Shown here piece by piece: positions 22,943 through 35,764 of a stretch of DNA of 64,000 bases. The position numbers and the translations under genes are program-made. The first letter of the stretch is position 1. Every line of letters begins with the position of its first letter. Below the pieces are notes generated by a model, which saw only the letters and a list, made by a program, of their open reading frames with translations, made no database searches and was not told the DNA's origin. Origin of the DNA: an uncultured Actinomycetota bacterium (GTDB lineage Bacteria; Actinomycetota; Actinomycetes; Propionibacteriales; Nocardioidaceae); assembly GCA_963803235.1 (NCBI GenBank), contig CAWDLL010000013.1, forward strand, positions 13,722-77,721. Direction: 5' to 3'.

Positions 22943-24122
22943 CGTCGCCGTCGCGGCGTACGCCCCGACGGTGGTCAACTCGATCGGGCACGGTGCCGTG
23001 CTCCCGGTCCTCGCGCTGCGTGCCCGCGACCTCGGCGCCGACGTCAGTACGGCGGCGCTCGTCGTCGGCCTCCTCGGGATCGGGACGCTGGTGGCGGCGC
23101 TGCCCTCGGGCGCCCTGGTCGCGCGGATCGGCGAGCGCCGGTCGCTCTTCCTCGCCGGGATGGTCGAGGGCGCGGCCCTGCTCGGGGCCGCCGCCACGGC
23201 GTCGGTCCTCGCGCTCGCGGCGACGGTGATGGTCAGTGGCGCCGCGTGGTCGGTGTTCCTGATCGCCCGGCAGGGCTTCATCATCGACGCGGTGCCGGCG
23301 CCCTACCGGGCCCGCGCCCTGTCGGCGCTGGGCGGCAGCCAACGAGTCGGCATCCTCGTCGGACCCCTCCTGGGCGCCGGCGTCATCCACGTCGCGGGCC
23401 TGCGCTGGGTCTTCGCCATGGCCGCGGCCTTCGCGGTCGCAGCCGCCCTGCTGGCGCTGCTGATGCCGGACCTGAGCGCCGAGACCCGGGCCGAGGACGC
23501 CCGGGTGGGGCACGCGTCGGTGCGCAGCGTGCTGCTGGCGCACCGGTCGACGCTGCTCACGCTCGGCGTGGCCGTGATCGTGATCTCGGCGTCGCGGTCG
23601 GTCCGGACCGGGCTGCTCCCGCTGTGGGCCGACCATCTCGGCATCTCGGCGACCACGACGTCGCTGATCTTCGCGCTGGCCGCGGCGATCGACATCGCGT
23701 TCTTCTACCCCGGCGGCTGGCTGATGGACCGTCGCGGCCGCGCGGTCGTCGCCGTACCCGTCGTCGCGGCGGTGGCCGTCGCGTGCTTCCTGCTGCCCTT
23801 CACCACCGACGCGGCCGGGGTGGCGGCGGTGATGGTGCTGATCGCCGTCGGCAACGGCCTGGGGTCCGGCATCGTGATGACGCTCGGCGCCGACACCGCC
23901 CCGACGACCGGCCGGGCGCAGTACCTCGGCGGCTGGCGACTGTGCGGCGACATCGGCAACAGCGGCGGCCCGTTGCTGGTCGGCGCGGTCGCCGCCCTCG
24001 CCCCGCTCGCCGCCGCCTGCGTGGTGCTGGGCGTGCTCGGGGTGCTCGGCACCGCCTGGGTCGGCTACTGGACCCGGCGGCTCGACCGCACGCGAGCTCG
24101 AGCCGGCCTCAGCGGACGGTGA
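22899..24122 (+). CDS. MFS transporter
   Basis: About 12 TM; 'G.LVARIGERR', 'GWLMDRRGR'. Confidence 0.88.
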   Translation: MPSPTSRDEQFRLRDVAVAAYAPTVVNSIGHGAVLPVLALRARDLGADVSTAALVVGLLGIGTLVAALPSGALVARIGERRSLFLAGMVEGAALLGAAATASVLALAATVMVSGAAWSVFLIARQGFIIDAVPAPYRARALSALGGSQRVGILVGPLLGAGVIHVAGLRWVFAMAAAFAVAAALLALLMPDLSAETRAEDARVGHASVRSVLLAHRSTLLTLGVAVIVISASRSVRTGLLPLWADHLGISATTTSLIFALAAAIDIAFFYPGGWLMDRRGRAVVAVPVVAAVAVACFLLPFTTDAAGVAAVMVLIAVGNGLGSGIVMTLGADTAPTTGRAQYLGGWRLCGDIGNSGGPLLVGAVAALAPLAAACVVLGVLGVLGTAWVGYWTRRLDRTRARAGLSGR

Positions 24123-24705
24123 TCCGGACCTCGTTCGACAACAGGTCGGTGTCGGTGTCGATGACCCGGAACTTGTTGACGCCGCCCTGGCTGGTCTGCA
24201 CGTAGGTCGTGAACGTCTCGTCGCTGACGGAGACCGTCACCGGGAAGTCGGTCCAGGAGCCGCTGGTGAAGCGCTGCACCTGGAGGATCGCGCCCTCGCC
24301 GCCGGGGTAGACGCCGGTCAGGTCGATCTGCTCCATCGCCGACACCTCGGTCTGCGAGGCGGAGAGCGAGATCTCCTTGTCCGGCTTCTTGGTCGGCGAG
24401 CCCTTGGGCGGCTTCGGCTTGCCGCTGCCGTTGCCGCTGCCGGACGGATCCGGCGCCAGGGTGACCAGCGGGCCGCTCTCGGCCTTGGTCGGCTCCGGCT
24501 TGGGGACGTAGAGCGACTGCTCGGCCGTGGCCCGGTCGGACGCGCCGGCGTTGCCGATGCCGAGCACCTGGACACCGACCAGCGCGGCCAGGCCGGCGAT
24601 CAGGCCGACGGCGAGGCCGACCCCGACGAGCGCGACCAGCCCGGCGACGACCGGATGGTCCTCGCGGTCGGGTCGATCCCGATCGGGTGTAGGACGGTCA
24701 GGCAT
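24109..24705 (-). CDS. Membrane-anchored hypothetical protein with a beta-rich C-terminal domain
   Basis: N-terminal TM, Pro/Lys linker, 'LQVQRF..G.W.DFPV'. Confidence 0.7.
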   Translation of the reverse strand: MPDRPTPDRDRPDREDHPVVAGLVALVGVGLAVGLIAGLAALVGVQVLGIGNAGASDRATAEQSLYVPKPEPTKAESGPLVTLAPDPSGSGNGSGKPKPPKGSPTKKPDKEISLSASQTEVSAMEQIDLTGVYPGGEGAILQVQRFTSGSWTDFPVTVSVSDETFTTYVQTSQGGVNKFRVIDTDTDLLSNEVRITVR

Positions 24706-24792
24706 CGGACGGAACCCCCTGGTGTTGCGAGACCAACGACGCCCATTGTCACCGACGCCGCAAGGGGCTGCCACCCAGAGGTGCCCCGACGG

Positions 24793-25282
24793 TCACCGCG
24801 GCTCGCAGATCACCACCGGGATCTGGCGGTCGGTCCAGCGCTGGTAGTTGTCGAAGTCGGCATAGAGGCCGACCAGCTTCGGCCACAGCGCCGCCCGCTC
24901 GTCAGGGGTGGCGGTGCGAGCGCGCACGCGGCGTACCTCCGACCGGATCTGGATCGTCGTCTCCGGGTGCGCCGCCAGGTTGTGGTACCACTGCGGATTC
25001 CGCGGCAGCCCGCCCTGCGAGGCCACGACCACGACGTTCGGCCCGTCCTTCAGGTAGAGCAGGGGCGTGGTGAACTCACGGCCGGACTTCCGGCCGCGGT
25101 GGTCGAGCAGCAGCACCGGCACCGGCTTGAAGAGGGCCGACCCGACCCGCCACTTCCCGCCGATCCGGCCGCCGGTGCGGCGGTAGAGCCAGACGTTGAG
25201 CCGGGACATCCGCTTGATGATCCGGGGCACGACCGGGTGAGTCCAGGCCGTCCGGGCGCTTCTTGACCTTCGCGTTGGCCAT
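24793..25282 (-). CDS. Deazaflavin (F420)-dependent nitroreductase-family protein (frameshift near 25235)
   Basis: 'LL..RGRKSGREFTTPL', 'VASQGG....PQWYHNL', 'YQRWTDRQIPVV'. Confidence 0.9.
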
Positions 25283-25712
25283 CAGATGCCCGCGCTTCCA
25301 GATGAGCTCCTCGAGCAGCTCGCGGCTGCGCCAGCCGGCGGGCGTCCGCACCATCCGGTGGTGGTAGATGCCGCCGAACTCCCACAGCAGCTCCGAGCCG
25401 TCCTGCTGGGTGAAGATCATCGGGTTCGAGAAGTACGCCGCCACGTCGGCCTCGTCGGCGCCCGGATCCATCCGGATCTCGACCTGGCCGAGCATGTGCA
25501 TCCGGCGCGGGAACATCGGCAGGTTCTCGGCCAGCCAGGCCTTGACCGTGGGGTAGGAGTCGGCGATGCCGCCGGTCTGCGTGTAGTCGATCGCCGCGTC
25601 CGGGGTGAAGACCGTGTCGAGCGCGTCCCACTCGCCGGTGTCGATGGCGCGGGTGTAGCGGACCAGCACCTCCTCGATCTCGAGGCGGTCCGAGATCTGG
25701 CTGCAGCTCCAC
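25282..25712 (-). CDS. SnoaL/NTF2-like protein (frameshifts at both ends)
   Basis: 'SDRLEI...RY.RAID...W..L..VFTPDA.IDY', 'GGIYHHRMVRT..GWR'. Confidence 0.82.
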
Positions 25713-25787
25713 GCGGGACACTCTGGCACAGAACTGAAACACGTTCTAGTATCTCGACAGGCTCGATCACCGAAAAGACGAGGTCCG

Positions 25788-26671
25788 ATGAGATTCACCT
25801 ACGCCGAGGCGATGACGCAGGCGACGTACTACGCCCCGCTCGCGCAGGCCGCCGAGGCGGCCGGCTACACGAGCATGACCGTGGCCGACAGCCTGATCTA
25901 CCCGCAGGAGTCCGACTCGAAGTACCCCTACACCGACACCGGCGACCGGGAGTTCCTCGAGGGCAAGGAGTTCATCGAGACGATGGTGCTGACCGCGCAC
26001 CTGGCCGCGGTCACGACCACGCTCCGGTTCACGCCGTTCGTGCTCAAGCTGCCCGTCCGCCCGCCGGTGCTCGTCGCCAAGCAGGCGTCGTCGGTCGCCT
26101 ACCTCTCCGAGAACCGGCTCGGCCTCGGCGTCGGCCTGTCGCCGTGGCCCGAGGACTTCGAGACGCTCGGCGTCCCGTGGGAGCGGCGCGGCAAGCGGAT
26201 GGACGAGTGCATGGACATCCTGCGCGGCCTGACCTCGCCAAGGCGAGCTTCTTCGGCTACGACGGGGAGTTCTACCAGTTCGCGCCGCTCAAGCAGTGCC
26301 CGGCGCCGACCGAGCCGATCCCGCTGCTGGTGGGCGGCCACAGCGACGCCGCGCTGCGCCGGGCGGTGGTCAAGGGCGACGGCTGGATGCACGCCGGCGG
26401 CGACGGCGAGGAGCTGGACCGGCTGCTGGCCCGGCTCGCCGAGATCCGCAAGGCCGAGGGCGACGAGCGGGACGACTTCGAGATCCACGTGATCTCCTAC
26501 GACGCCTACGACCCGGACGGCGTGAAGCGGCTCGAGGACAAGGGCGTGACCGACTGCATCGTCGGCTTCCGGGTGCCCTACATCAAGGGGCCGGACACCG
26601 AGCCGCTGGAGAAGAAGGTGCAGCACCTCGAGCAGTACGCCGAGAACATCATCGCCAAGGTCAGCCAGTGA
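25788..26671 (+). CDS. LLM-class (probably F420-dependent) oxidoreductase (frameshift near 26240)
   Basis: 'AQAAEAAGY', 'KQASSVA.LS..RL.LGVG', 'PIPLLVGG.S.AALRRA...DGW'. Confidence 0.88.
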
Positions 26672-27807
26672 GCGACCACCTGACCCAACCGTTCACCGAC
26701 GCGATCGCGGAGGCGGAGGAGCTGGTCCGCAACGCCGAGTTCATCACGACCGAGCAGGACCTCGACGAGGGCTACGCCTACCTGGCCGGGCGGATCCGGG
26801 CCTCGCTGCAGATGGCGTTCGACCACGACCTCGCGCACCCGGTGCTGATCAACTCCACGCACCAGTTCTCCCGGCAGGGCCTGGACAATCCCGACGCGCT
26901 CTACTGGTCGGCGTACCTCGACGGCGACGCGGAGTACGTCCTGCGCGGCCGCCGCGGCACCACCGCCGACCTGTCCTTCCAGGTGATGGGTGGGTCGTAC
27001 TCCGCCGACTCGGCCCCCGCCTCGCTGGCCGCGTTCGACGACCGCGAGCTGGACGTCGCGCCCGACGGCACCTTCGAGTGGCGGTTCGGACCCTTGCCCG
27101 GCGCCAAGAACCTGATCATCCGCGAGGTCTTCAACGACTGGGAGACCGAGGAGCCGGGCCGGCTCTGGATCGAGCGCACCGACACGCTCGGCGTGCCGGC
27201 CACTCCCCCGGGCCGTGACCGGCTGGCGAAGAAGTACGAGATCGCCGGCAAGCTGCTGGTCGGGTCGATCCAGACCTGGTTCGCGTTCCCGCACTTCTTC
27301 CAGTACCAGGAGCCGGTCAACACCCTCACTCCGCCGAGGTCGACGCCGGGCGGGCTGGAGTCGCAGCGCTCGTCGATCGGCCACTACGAGCTCGCGGACG
27401 ACGAGGCGCTCGTGGTCACGGTGCCGGAGTGCACCGACTGCAGCTACCAGGCGATCCAGATCGGCTCGGACTGGTACGCCTCCACCGACTACGAGACCCA
27501 CCAGACCTCGCTCACCAAGGCGCAGTCGGTCGTCGACCCGGACGGTCGGATGCGCTACGTGATCTCCGAGCAGAACCCGGGCATCGCCAACTGGCTGGAG
27601 ACCACCGGCCACCGGACCGGGCCGATCATGCTGCGCTGGCAGCGGCTCGAGCGGGACCTCGGCCCCGACGACGGACCCGTGGTCGAGAAGGTCAAGCTGG
27701 CCGAGGTGCCCGAGATCCTGCCCCACTTCGCCCCCGTCACCACCGAGGAGTACGCCGAGCGGATCACCGCCCGGCAGCGCTCCGTGGCCCGAAGGATGCT
27801 CAGTTGA
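26668..27807 (+). CDS. DUF1214-like protein (Rv3531c-like)
   Basis: 'QGLDNPDALY', 'IIREVFNDW', 'SL...Q...DPDG..RYVIS..NPG.ANWLET.G...G...LRWQ'. Confidence 0.8.
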   Translation: MSDHLTQPFTDAIAEAEELVRNAEFITTEQDLDEGYAYLAGRIRASLQMAFDHDLAHPVLINSTHQFSRQGLDNPDALYWSAYLDGDAEYVLRGRRGTTADLSFQVMGGSYSADSAPASLAAFDDRELDVAPDGTFEWRFGPLPGAKNLIIREVFNDWETEEPGRLWIERTDTLGVPATPPGRDRLAKKYEIAGKLLVGSIQTWFAFPHFFQYQEPVNTLTPPRSTPGGLESQRSSIGHYELADDEALVVTVPECTDCSYQAIQIGSDWYASTDYETHQTSLTKAQSVVDPDGRMRYVISEQNPGIANWLETTGHRTGPIMLRWQRLERDLGPDDGPVVEKVKLAEVPEILPHFAPVTTEEYAERITARQRSVARRMLS

Positions 27808-28586
27808 TTCTCCAGGACAAGGTGGTCGTGCTCTCCGGCGTCGGCCCCGGGCTCGGCCGTGCGCTCGGCGAGGAGGCCGCCAAGATGGGCGCCGACCTGG
27901 TGCTGGTCAGCCGCACCGAGCGCCGGCTCGAGAAGATGGCCGAGGTCGTGCGGTCGCACGGCCGGCGGGCGCTGGTCGTCCCGACCGACATCACCGACGA
28001 GGACGCGCGCAAGCGCCTGGTCGAGGCGGCCATGAACGAGTTCGGCCGGGTCGACTGCCTGATCAACAACGCGTTCGGGATCCCGCCGATGGATCCGCTC
28101 ACCACCCTCGACCTGCAGGGGCTGCGGGACGCCAACGAGACCAACGTGTTCGCACCGCTGCGGCTCTCCGCGCTGTTCGCCGACGCGCTGGCCGAGTCGC
28201 CGAACGGCTCGATCATCATGTTGAACTCGTGCGTGGTCTACAGCTCGCAGCCGGAGTACTCCGGCTACAAGCTGTCCAAGGGCGCGCTGGCCCACCTGGC
28301 CTCGTCGCTCGCGACCGAGCTCGGGCCGCGCGGGATCCGGGTCAACAGCGTCGCGCCGTCGTACATCTACGAGGACGTCAACAAGGCCTACTTCGACTGG
28401 CTGGCCTCCGAGCAGGGCGTGAGCCACGAGGACATCTACCAGGAGAAGGCCGCGCCGACCGACCTCAAGCGGCTGGCGACGCCGGACGAGGTGGCGCAGG
28501 CGGCGCTGTTCCTGGCGTCCGACCTGGCCAGCGCGGTGACCGGGATCGTGCTCAACGTCGACTGCGGCGAGTTCCACGACAACTGA
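27804..28586 (+). CDS. SDR-family oxidoreductase (Rv3530c-like)
   Basis: 'SGVGPGLG', 'NNA', 'YKLSK', 'GIRVNSVAP'. Confidence 0.9.
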   Translation: MILQDKVVVLSGVGPGLGRALGEEAAKMGADLVLVSRTERRLEKMAEVVRSHGRRALVVPTDITDEDARKRLVEAAMNEFGRVDCLINNAFGIPPMDPLTTLDLQGLRDANETNVFAPLRLSALFADALAESPNGSIIMLNSCVVYSSQPEYSGYKLSKGALAHLASSLATELGPRGIRVNSVAPSYIYEDVNKAYFDWLASEQGVSHEDIYQEKAAPTDLKRLATPDEVAQAALFLASDLASAVTGIVLNVDCGEFHDN

Positions 28587-28600
28587 CATCGACGACTGAC

Positions 28601-29740
28601 ATGACGCACCCCAGAGACGAGATCGGCTCGTACGACGACATCGCGGCCGCCGCGGTCCGCACGACCGGGCTGGACGACTTCGGCGGCACCGCGCACGAGG
28701 AAGGGCTGCGGCTGCTCGTCGACGACCTGGCCTCGCCGGAGGCCGGACTGACGCCGCTCGGCAACGGCTTCCACCGGCGTGAGGTGAAGAGCGCGCTGGT
28801 GGGCCGGCTGCTGACCCAGCTCCGGTTCGCCGAGCATCCCGAGCACGTCGACGTCCCGGTCGAGCGGCCGATCTTCGTGGTCGGCCTGCCCCGCACCGGC
28901 ACCACCGCGCTGCACCGCCTGCTGCACGCCGACCCGCGGCACCAGGGACTGGAGCTGTGGCTGACGGAGTACCCCCAGCCGCGTCCGCCGCGGGCGACCT
29001 GGGAGCAGGACCCGATCTTCTCGGCGATGCAGTCGGCGTTCTCCGAGCACCACATCGAGAACCCCGAGTTCATGGGGATCCACTACATGGATGCCACCTC
29101 GGTCGAGGAGTGCTGGCGGCTGCTGCGGCAGACCGGGAAGTCGATCAGCTACGAGTCGCTGGCCAACGTGCCGCGCTACTCGGCCTGGCTGGCCGACCAG
29201 GACTGGACGGACGCCTACGAGCGGCATCGCGCGAACCTCCAGCTGATCGGGCTCAACGACCCGGACCAGCGGTGGGTGCTGAAGAACCCGTCCCACCTGG
29301 TCGCACTGGACGCCCTGATGAAGGTCTACCCGGACGCGCTGGTCGTCTGCACGCACCGGGACCCGGTCACCTCCATGGCGTCGGCGTGCTCGCTCTCGGC
29401 CGAGGCCACGGCCGGCACCTCGACCACCTTCGTCGGCGAGACGATCGGCCGCACCCAGCTGGAGATGCTGTCCCGGTCGTGGCGGACGTTCTGCGACGCG
29501 CGGACGGCGTACGACCCGGCGCAGTTCGTGGACGTCGACTACCGGGAGTTCGTCGCCGACCCGGTGCGCACGACCCGCGGCATCTACGACGCGTTCGGGC
29601 TCGACTGGAGCACCGACGCCCAGGCCGCGGTCGAGGAGATCGACCGGGAGTCCCGGTCCGGCGGCAAGCGGCCGGCCCACTCGTACTCGCTCGCGGACTA
29701 CGGGCTGACCGAGGACGAGGTGCGCGCAACCTTCGCCTGA
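28601..29740 (+). CDS. Sulfotransferase (Stf1/Rv3529c-like)
   Basis: 5'-PSB loop 'GLPRTGTT', 'WVLKNPSH', 'THRDP..SMAS'. Confidence 0.92.
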   Translation: MTHPRDEIGSYDDIAAAAVRTTGLDDFGGTAHEEGLRLLVDDLASPEAGLTPLGNGFHRREVKSALVGRLLTQLRFAEHPEHVDVPVERPIFVVGLPRTGTTALHRLLHADPRHQGLELWLTEYPQPRPPRATWEQDPIFSAMQSAFSEHHIENPEFMGIHYMDATSVEECWRLLRQTGKSISYESLANVPRYSAWLADQDWTDAYERHRANLQLIGLNDPDQRWVLKNPSHLVALDALMKVYPDALVVCTHRDPVTSMASACSLSAEATAGTSTTFVGETIGRTQLEMLSRSWRTFCDARTAYDPAQFVDVDYREFVADPVRTTRGIYDAFGLDWSTDAQAAVEEIDRESRSGGKRPAHSYSLADYGLTEDEVRATFA

Positions 29741-29812
29741 CACCTGTCCAGACCGGTCGCTTCGCAGCGGCCGTCGGCGACCGGGCCCGCGGCTAGGCTC
29801 CCGCCCGTGGTG

Positions 29813-30497
29813 ATGCCCGGACCCGGGGAACGCTGGCACACGGACCAGCAGCAGGAGGAGTGGCTACGTCGGCCACCGCCTGCCGTCACGGCCTTTGCAC
29901 CCCGGCCCGCTCCGGCACCTCCTGCGCAGCCGCGCGGCCGAGCCCGAGCCCCACAGCGAGTCCTTCGGAGTGCACGTCGGCAGAGGCGCCATGGCCGCGG
30001 TGATCCTGGCGATCGTCGCCGTGGTGGCGGCCGGCGGCTACGCCTGGTGGTACGAGGACCAGACCGGCCGGATGGGAGACGAGCTGACCAGCACGTTCCC
30101 TGCCCTGGCGTCGGCGTCCTGGGAGTGTGGCGGCGTCCAGGCGCTGGGCCGCCCCCAGGTGGAGTCCGTGACCCTGGAGTGCGACCAGGGCAGCGCCTTC
30201 GTGGTCGTCACTCGCTTCCGCACTCCGGGTCTTGCCACCGACTACAAGACGAAGCGTGCCGCGGAGCTGCTGGCCGAGGCGAAGGTCCTGCCGTGGAGGG
30301 TGAACGGCGCGCTCTCGGGTGAGAAGTTCGTCAACGGCGGCGGCGCCGACTCGGCGGGTGCCCCGCGCTCGCTCTGGGCGGGCTACTTCTACGACGACGC
30401 CCGGTACGTCGTGGAGGTGGTGGCCGACGACCAGCGGAGCGTCGCCCGGATCGTCCGCGGGCTGGAGCTGCCCACGGTCGCCGAGCTGCCGGACTGA
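29813..30497 (+). CDS. Hypothetical single-TM protein (possible N-terminal frameshift)
   Basis: TM 'AAVILAIVAVVAAGGYAWW' then an extracellular domain; start uncertain. Confidence 0.5.
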
Positions 30498-30515
30498 CCG
30501 ATGGAGGGGTGACCG

Positions 30516-31127
30516 ATGAGCCCGGCTTTCCTGCTGACCTCGCTGGTGATCGTGGCGACGCCCGGCACCGGTGTGCTCTACACACTGGCCGCCGGCCTGT
30601 CGCGCGGCGCCCGGGCCAGCGTGCTGGCGGCCTTCGCCTGCACCCTCGGCATCGTGCCGCACCTCGCCGCCGCGATCACCGGCCTGGCTGCGCTGCTGCA
30701 CACGAGCGCCGTGGCCTTCCAGACCCTGAAGTACCTCGGTGTCGCCTACCTGCTCTACCTGGCCTGGGTCACCTGGCGCGACAAGGACGCGCTCGTCGTC
30801 GAGGAGGACCAGGCGCCGGTGTCGGCCCGCACGGTCATCGTCACCGGGGTCCTGATCAACATCCTCAACCCGAAGCTGACGATGTTCTTCTTCGCGTTCC
30901 TGCCGCAGTTCGTCGACCCGGACGCCGGTCGCCAGTGGCTGCCGATGCTGGAGCTGAGCGCGGTGTTCATGGCGATGACCTTCGTCGTCTTCGCGGCGTA
31001 CGGCGTCTTCGCGGCCTCGGTGCGCACCCACGTGATCGCCCGGCCCCGCGTCGTCACCTGGATGCGGCGCAGCTTCGCGGCCTGCTTCGTGGCGCTCGGC
31101 GCGCGGCTGGCGTTCGCCTCGCGCTAG
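30516..31127 (+). CDS. LysE-family translocator
   Basis: 'TPGTG', 'LKYLG.AYL.YL', 'NILNPK..FF.AFLPQF'. Confidence 0.92.
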   Translation: MSPAFLLTSLVIVATPGTGVLYTLAAGLSRGARASVLAAFACTLGIVPHLAAAITGLAALLHTSAVAFQTLKYLGVAYLLYLAWVTWRDKDALVVEEDQAPVSARTVIVTGVLINILNPKLTMFFFAFLPQFVDPDAGRQWLPMLELSAVFMAMTFVVFAAYGVFAASVRTHVIARPRVVTWMRRSFAACFVALGARLAFASR

Positions 31128-31240
31128 GACACGGAGACGGGACGGAGCAGGTCCTCCAGCCCGATCCGGCGGTAGAACTCGGCGCGGATCCGGTCGCCGA
31201 CCGCGAAGACGAGCTCGGCACCGTCATCGGCGGGGTCGGG
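31124..31240 (-). pseudogene. C-terminal remnant resembling an SDR oxidoreductase tail
   Basis: Minus strand reads 'PDPADDGAELVFAVGDRIRAEFYRRIGLEDLLRPVSVS*' with no in-frame start. Confidence 0.5.
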
Positions 31241-31999
31241 TCAGGCGACCCCACCGTTGGCGTACAGGACCTGGCCGTTCACCCAGCGCGCCGGTCCGGC
31301 GAGGAACGCCACGGTCTCGGCGATGTCCTCGGGCTCCCCGAGCCGCTCCAGCGGCGCCATGGCGGCGAGATTGTCGATGGCCTCCTGGGGCTTGCCGTCG
31401 AGGAACAACGGGGTTGCCGTGGGGCCGGGTGCGACGGCGTTGACGGTGATGTCACGGCCGCGCAGCTCCTTGGCCAGGATCATCGTGACCGCGTCGACGG
31501 CGCCCTTCGTGGCGGCGTACGCCGTGTAGGTCGGCAGCGCCAGCTTCACGACGGAGCTGGAGAAGTTGATGATCGCCCCGCCCTGCCGCACCCGGTGAGC
31601 CGCCTCCTGAGCGACCGCGAAGGTGCCGCGCACGTTGGTGCGGTGCATCCGGTCGAAGTCGCCGCCCTCACTGAGATCGAGCTCCGCCAACGGGGAGAGC
31701 AGCATGATGCCGGCGGTGTGCACGACCACGTCGATGCCGCCGAACCGCTGCTCGACCTGGTCGAACATCGCGGCCACGGCCGCCGTGTCGGCGACGTCGG
31801 CCTCGACCACGAAGCTCTCGGCGCCCGCGGCAACGGCCGTGTCCGCCACCTGCTGGGCACGGTCCCGGTTGCCGACGTAGTGCACGGCGATCGCGTAGCC
31901 GTCGCGCGCCAGCCGCTCGACGATGGCGCTGCCGATGCCTCCTGAGCCGCCCGTGACCAGGGCCACGCGGCTGACGGTCGGTGTGGATGCGGTGCTCAT
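31241..31999 (-). CDS. SDR-family oxidoreductase
   Basis: 'TGGSGGIG', 'YAATK', 'VNAVAPGP', 'VNGQVL.ANGG'. Confidence 0.93.
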   Translation of the reverse strand: MSTASTPTVSRVALVTGGSGGIGSAIVERLARDGYAIAVHYVGNRDRAQQVADTAVAAGAESFVVEADVADTAAVAAMFDQVEQRFGGIDVVVHTAGIMLLSPLAELDLSEGGDFDRMHRTNVRGTFAVAQEAAHRVRQGGAIINFSSSVVKLALPTYTAYAATKGAVDAVTMILAKELRGRDITVNAVAPGPTATPLFLDGKPQEAIDNLAAMAPLERLGEPEDIAETVAFLAGPARWVNGQVLYANGGVA

Positions 32000-32101
32000 G
32001 TCCGTCCTGCCTTCCTGTCGCGTAGCGGGAGGCTCCCGCTTATGTGTACGCTGGGTTCATATAAGCATATATGAACGCACGCGTTCAATAGGGAGAGACA
32101 G

Positions 32102-32225
32102 ATGCCGCGAGGACGCCGACCCACCGAGGAGGTCCGCACGGACGTGCTGGCTGCCGCCGGCCGACTGCTGCTGAGCGAGGGGATGGAGCGGTTCACCATC
32201 GAGCGGGTGGACGCCCTCAGCGGCG
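32102..32225 (+). pseudogene. Truncated TetR-family regulator (start of HTH only)
   Basis: 'MPRGRRPTEEVRTDVLAAAGRLL..EG...FTIERV..LSG' breaks off before the recognition helix. Confidence 0.7.
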
Positions 32226-32361
32226 AGCAGGGCGACGTCGAACTGTCCTGCTCGCACGTCGGCCACCGGGCGAGCAGGAGCCGTCGGCGTCTCGGCGTCA
32301 CGTCGCGCTGGCGCCACCCACCAGGCACCAGCGCGACGCGACCCTCAGCGGGCCGTGTGGA

Positions 32362-33255
32362 TCACGGCCAGTCGATCGCCAGGTAGCCGTTGTCGATCCG
32401 CCCGTTGAACTGGTCGGAGTTCCCCGAGTCGACGTTGCCGCCGTTGTTGACCTTGGCGCCCATCGTCAGCGGGATCGGGGTGGTGGCCGAGGCGGTCCCG
32501 TAGTCCAGGTTGGTCAGCGCCGACCCGGCGACCGTCTTCGTGTCCGCCGGGGTGCCGGCGTCGAGGTTCTGCACCGAGAGGGTCACCGAGTCCTTCCCGG
32601 CGACCGTGGTCCGGCTGCAGAACAGCCGGTACCAGGTGCTGGCGGCGATGTTGGTGGTGCTGACCTTCGCCTCGCTGATCACGGTCCCGCCGTCCCGGAG
32701 GATGCAGGTGGCGTTGAAGACGGTGCCGCCTCCACTGCTGTCGACCTGGATCTTGAACTGGTCGCCGGTGGAGATCCCGCGCTGGATGACATTGTTCCCG
32801 TTGTCCGCGGCACGGGTGCCGGGCATCGGCGAGTTGAACTTGATGTCCGCGCCGAACTCCAGCTTCTTGGTGCCGGGCGCGAGCACGTCGTTGGCGCCGA
32901 AGGCGTTCGGCGTGACCTTGACGGCCGCGAAGTTGTTGCCGGACGCGGCGTACGCCGGGAAGACACCGACCTTCTGGTCGCCCGCGACCACACCCGGGAC
33001 GCTGGCGACGTACGACGGAATGGTCGCCGTCGTCCAGGTGGTGCGGGTGACGGTGCCCGTCCCGCTGGTGGTGAGCGCGGCCGTCGGCGCGGTGCCGGTG
33101 CCGTCGACGTGGAGCCAGTTGGCGACGGTGGCGCTGTCGTAGGTGATGGCCACCCGGTAGGGGGCCGCCGCGTTGGCCGGGCTGGCCGGCAGCAGCAGCC
33201 CGGCGGTGACGAGGCCGGTGGCGGCGGCGATGACGATGGGTCGGCGATTGCGCAT
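32362..33255 (-). CDS. Secreted LamG/concanavalin-A-like beta-sandwich protein
   Basis: Signal peptide ending 'PANA'; 'NVIQRG', 'WYRL.C.R', 'GAK...DQFNG.ID'. Confidence 0.7.
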   Translation of the reverse strand: MRNRRPIVIAAATGLVTAGLLLPASPANAAAPYRVAITYDSATVANWLHVDGTGTAPTAALTTSGTGTVTRTTWTTATIPSYVASVPGVVAGDQKVGVFPAYAASGNNFAAVKVTPNAFGANDVLAPGTKKLEFGADIKFNSPMPGTRAADNGNNVIQRGISTGDQFKIQVDSSGGGTVFNATCILRDGGTVISEAKVSTTNIAASTWYRLFCSRTTVAGKDSVTLSVQNLDAGTPADTKTVAGSALTNLDYGTASATTPIPLTMGAKVNNGGNVDSGNSDQFNGRIDNGYLAIDWP

Positions 33256-33426
33256 GAGTGCTCCCCGAAAAGCGCCGGGGTGCTGCGGTCCGAATACCAC
33301 AGCAAACAGTCCCCGGAGCCACCCACCTAACGCGAGAAATGGGAACTACGTGCGGAATTCACTGCATTTCCAAAACCGGTCTAAACCGCCGAGCCCGACA
33401 ATTGAAAATCCCGCCCGCGGCTGGCG

Positions 33427-35740
<2,314 letters not shown>

Positions 35741-35764
35741 GACGTGCCCTCGCTTTCGGGAAGC

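Noticed and set aside
25076-25798. Apparent NTF2-nitroreductase fusion ('KRGHLMANAK')
   Set aside because: A TGATG stop/start overlap is present at 25284-25280; one extra base explains the read-through
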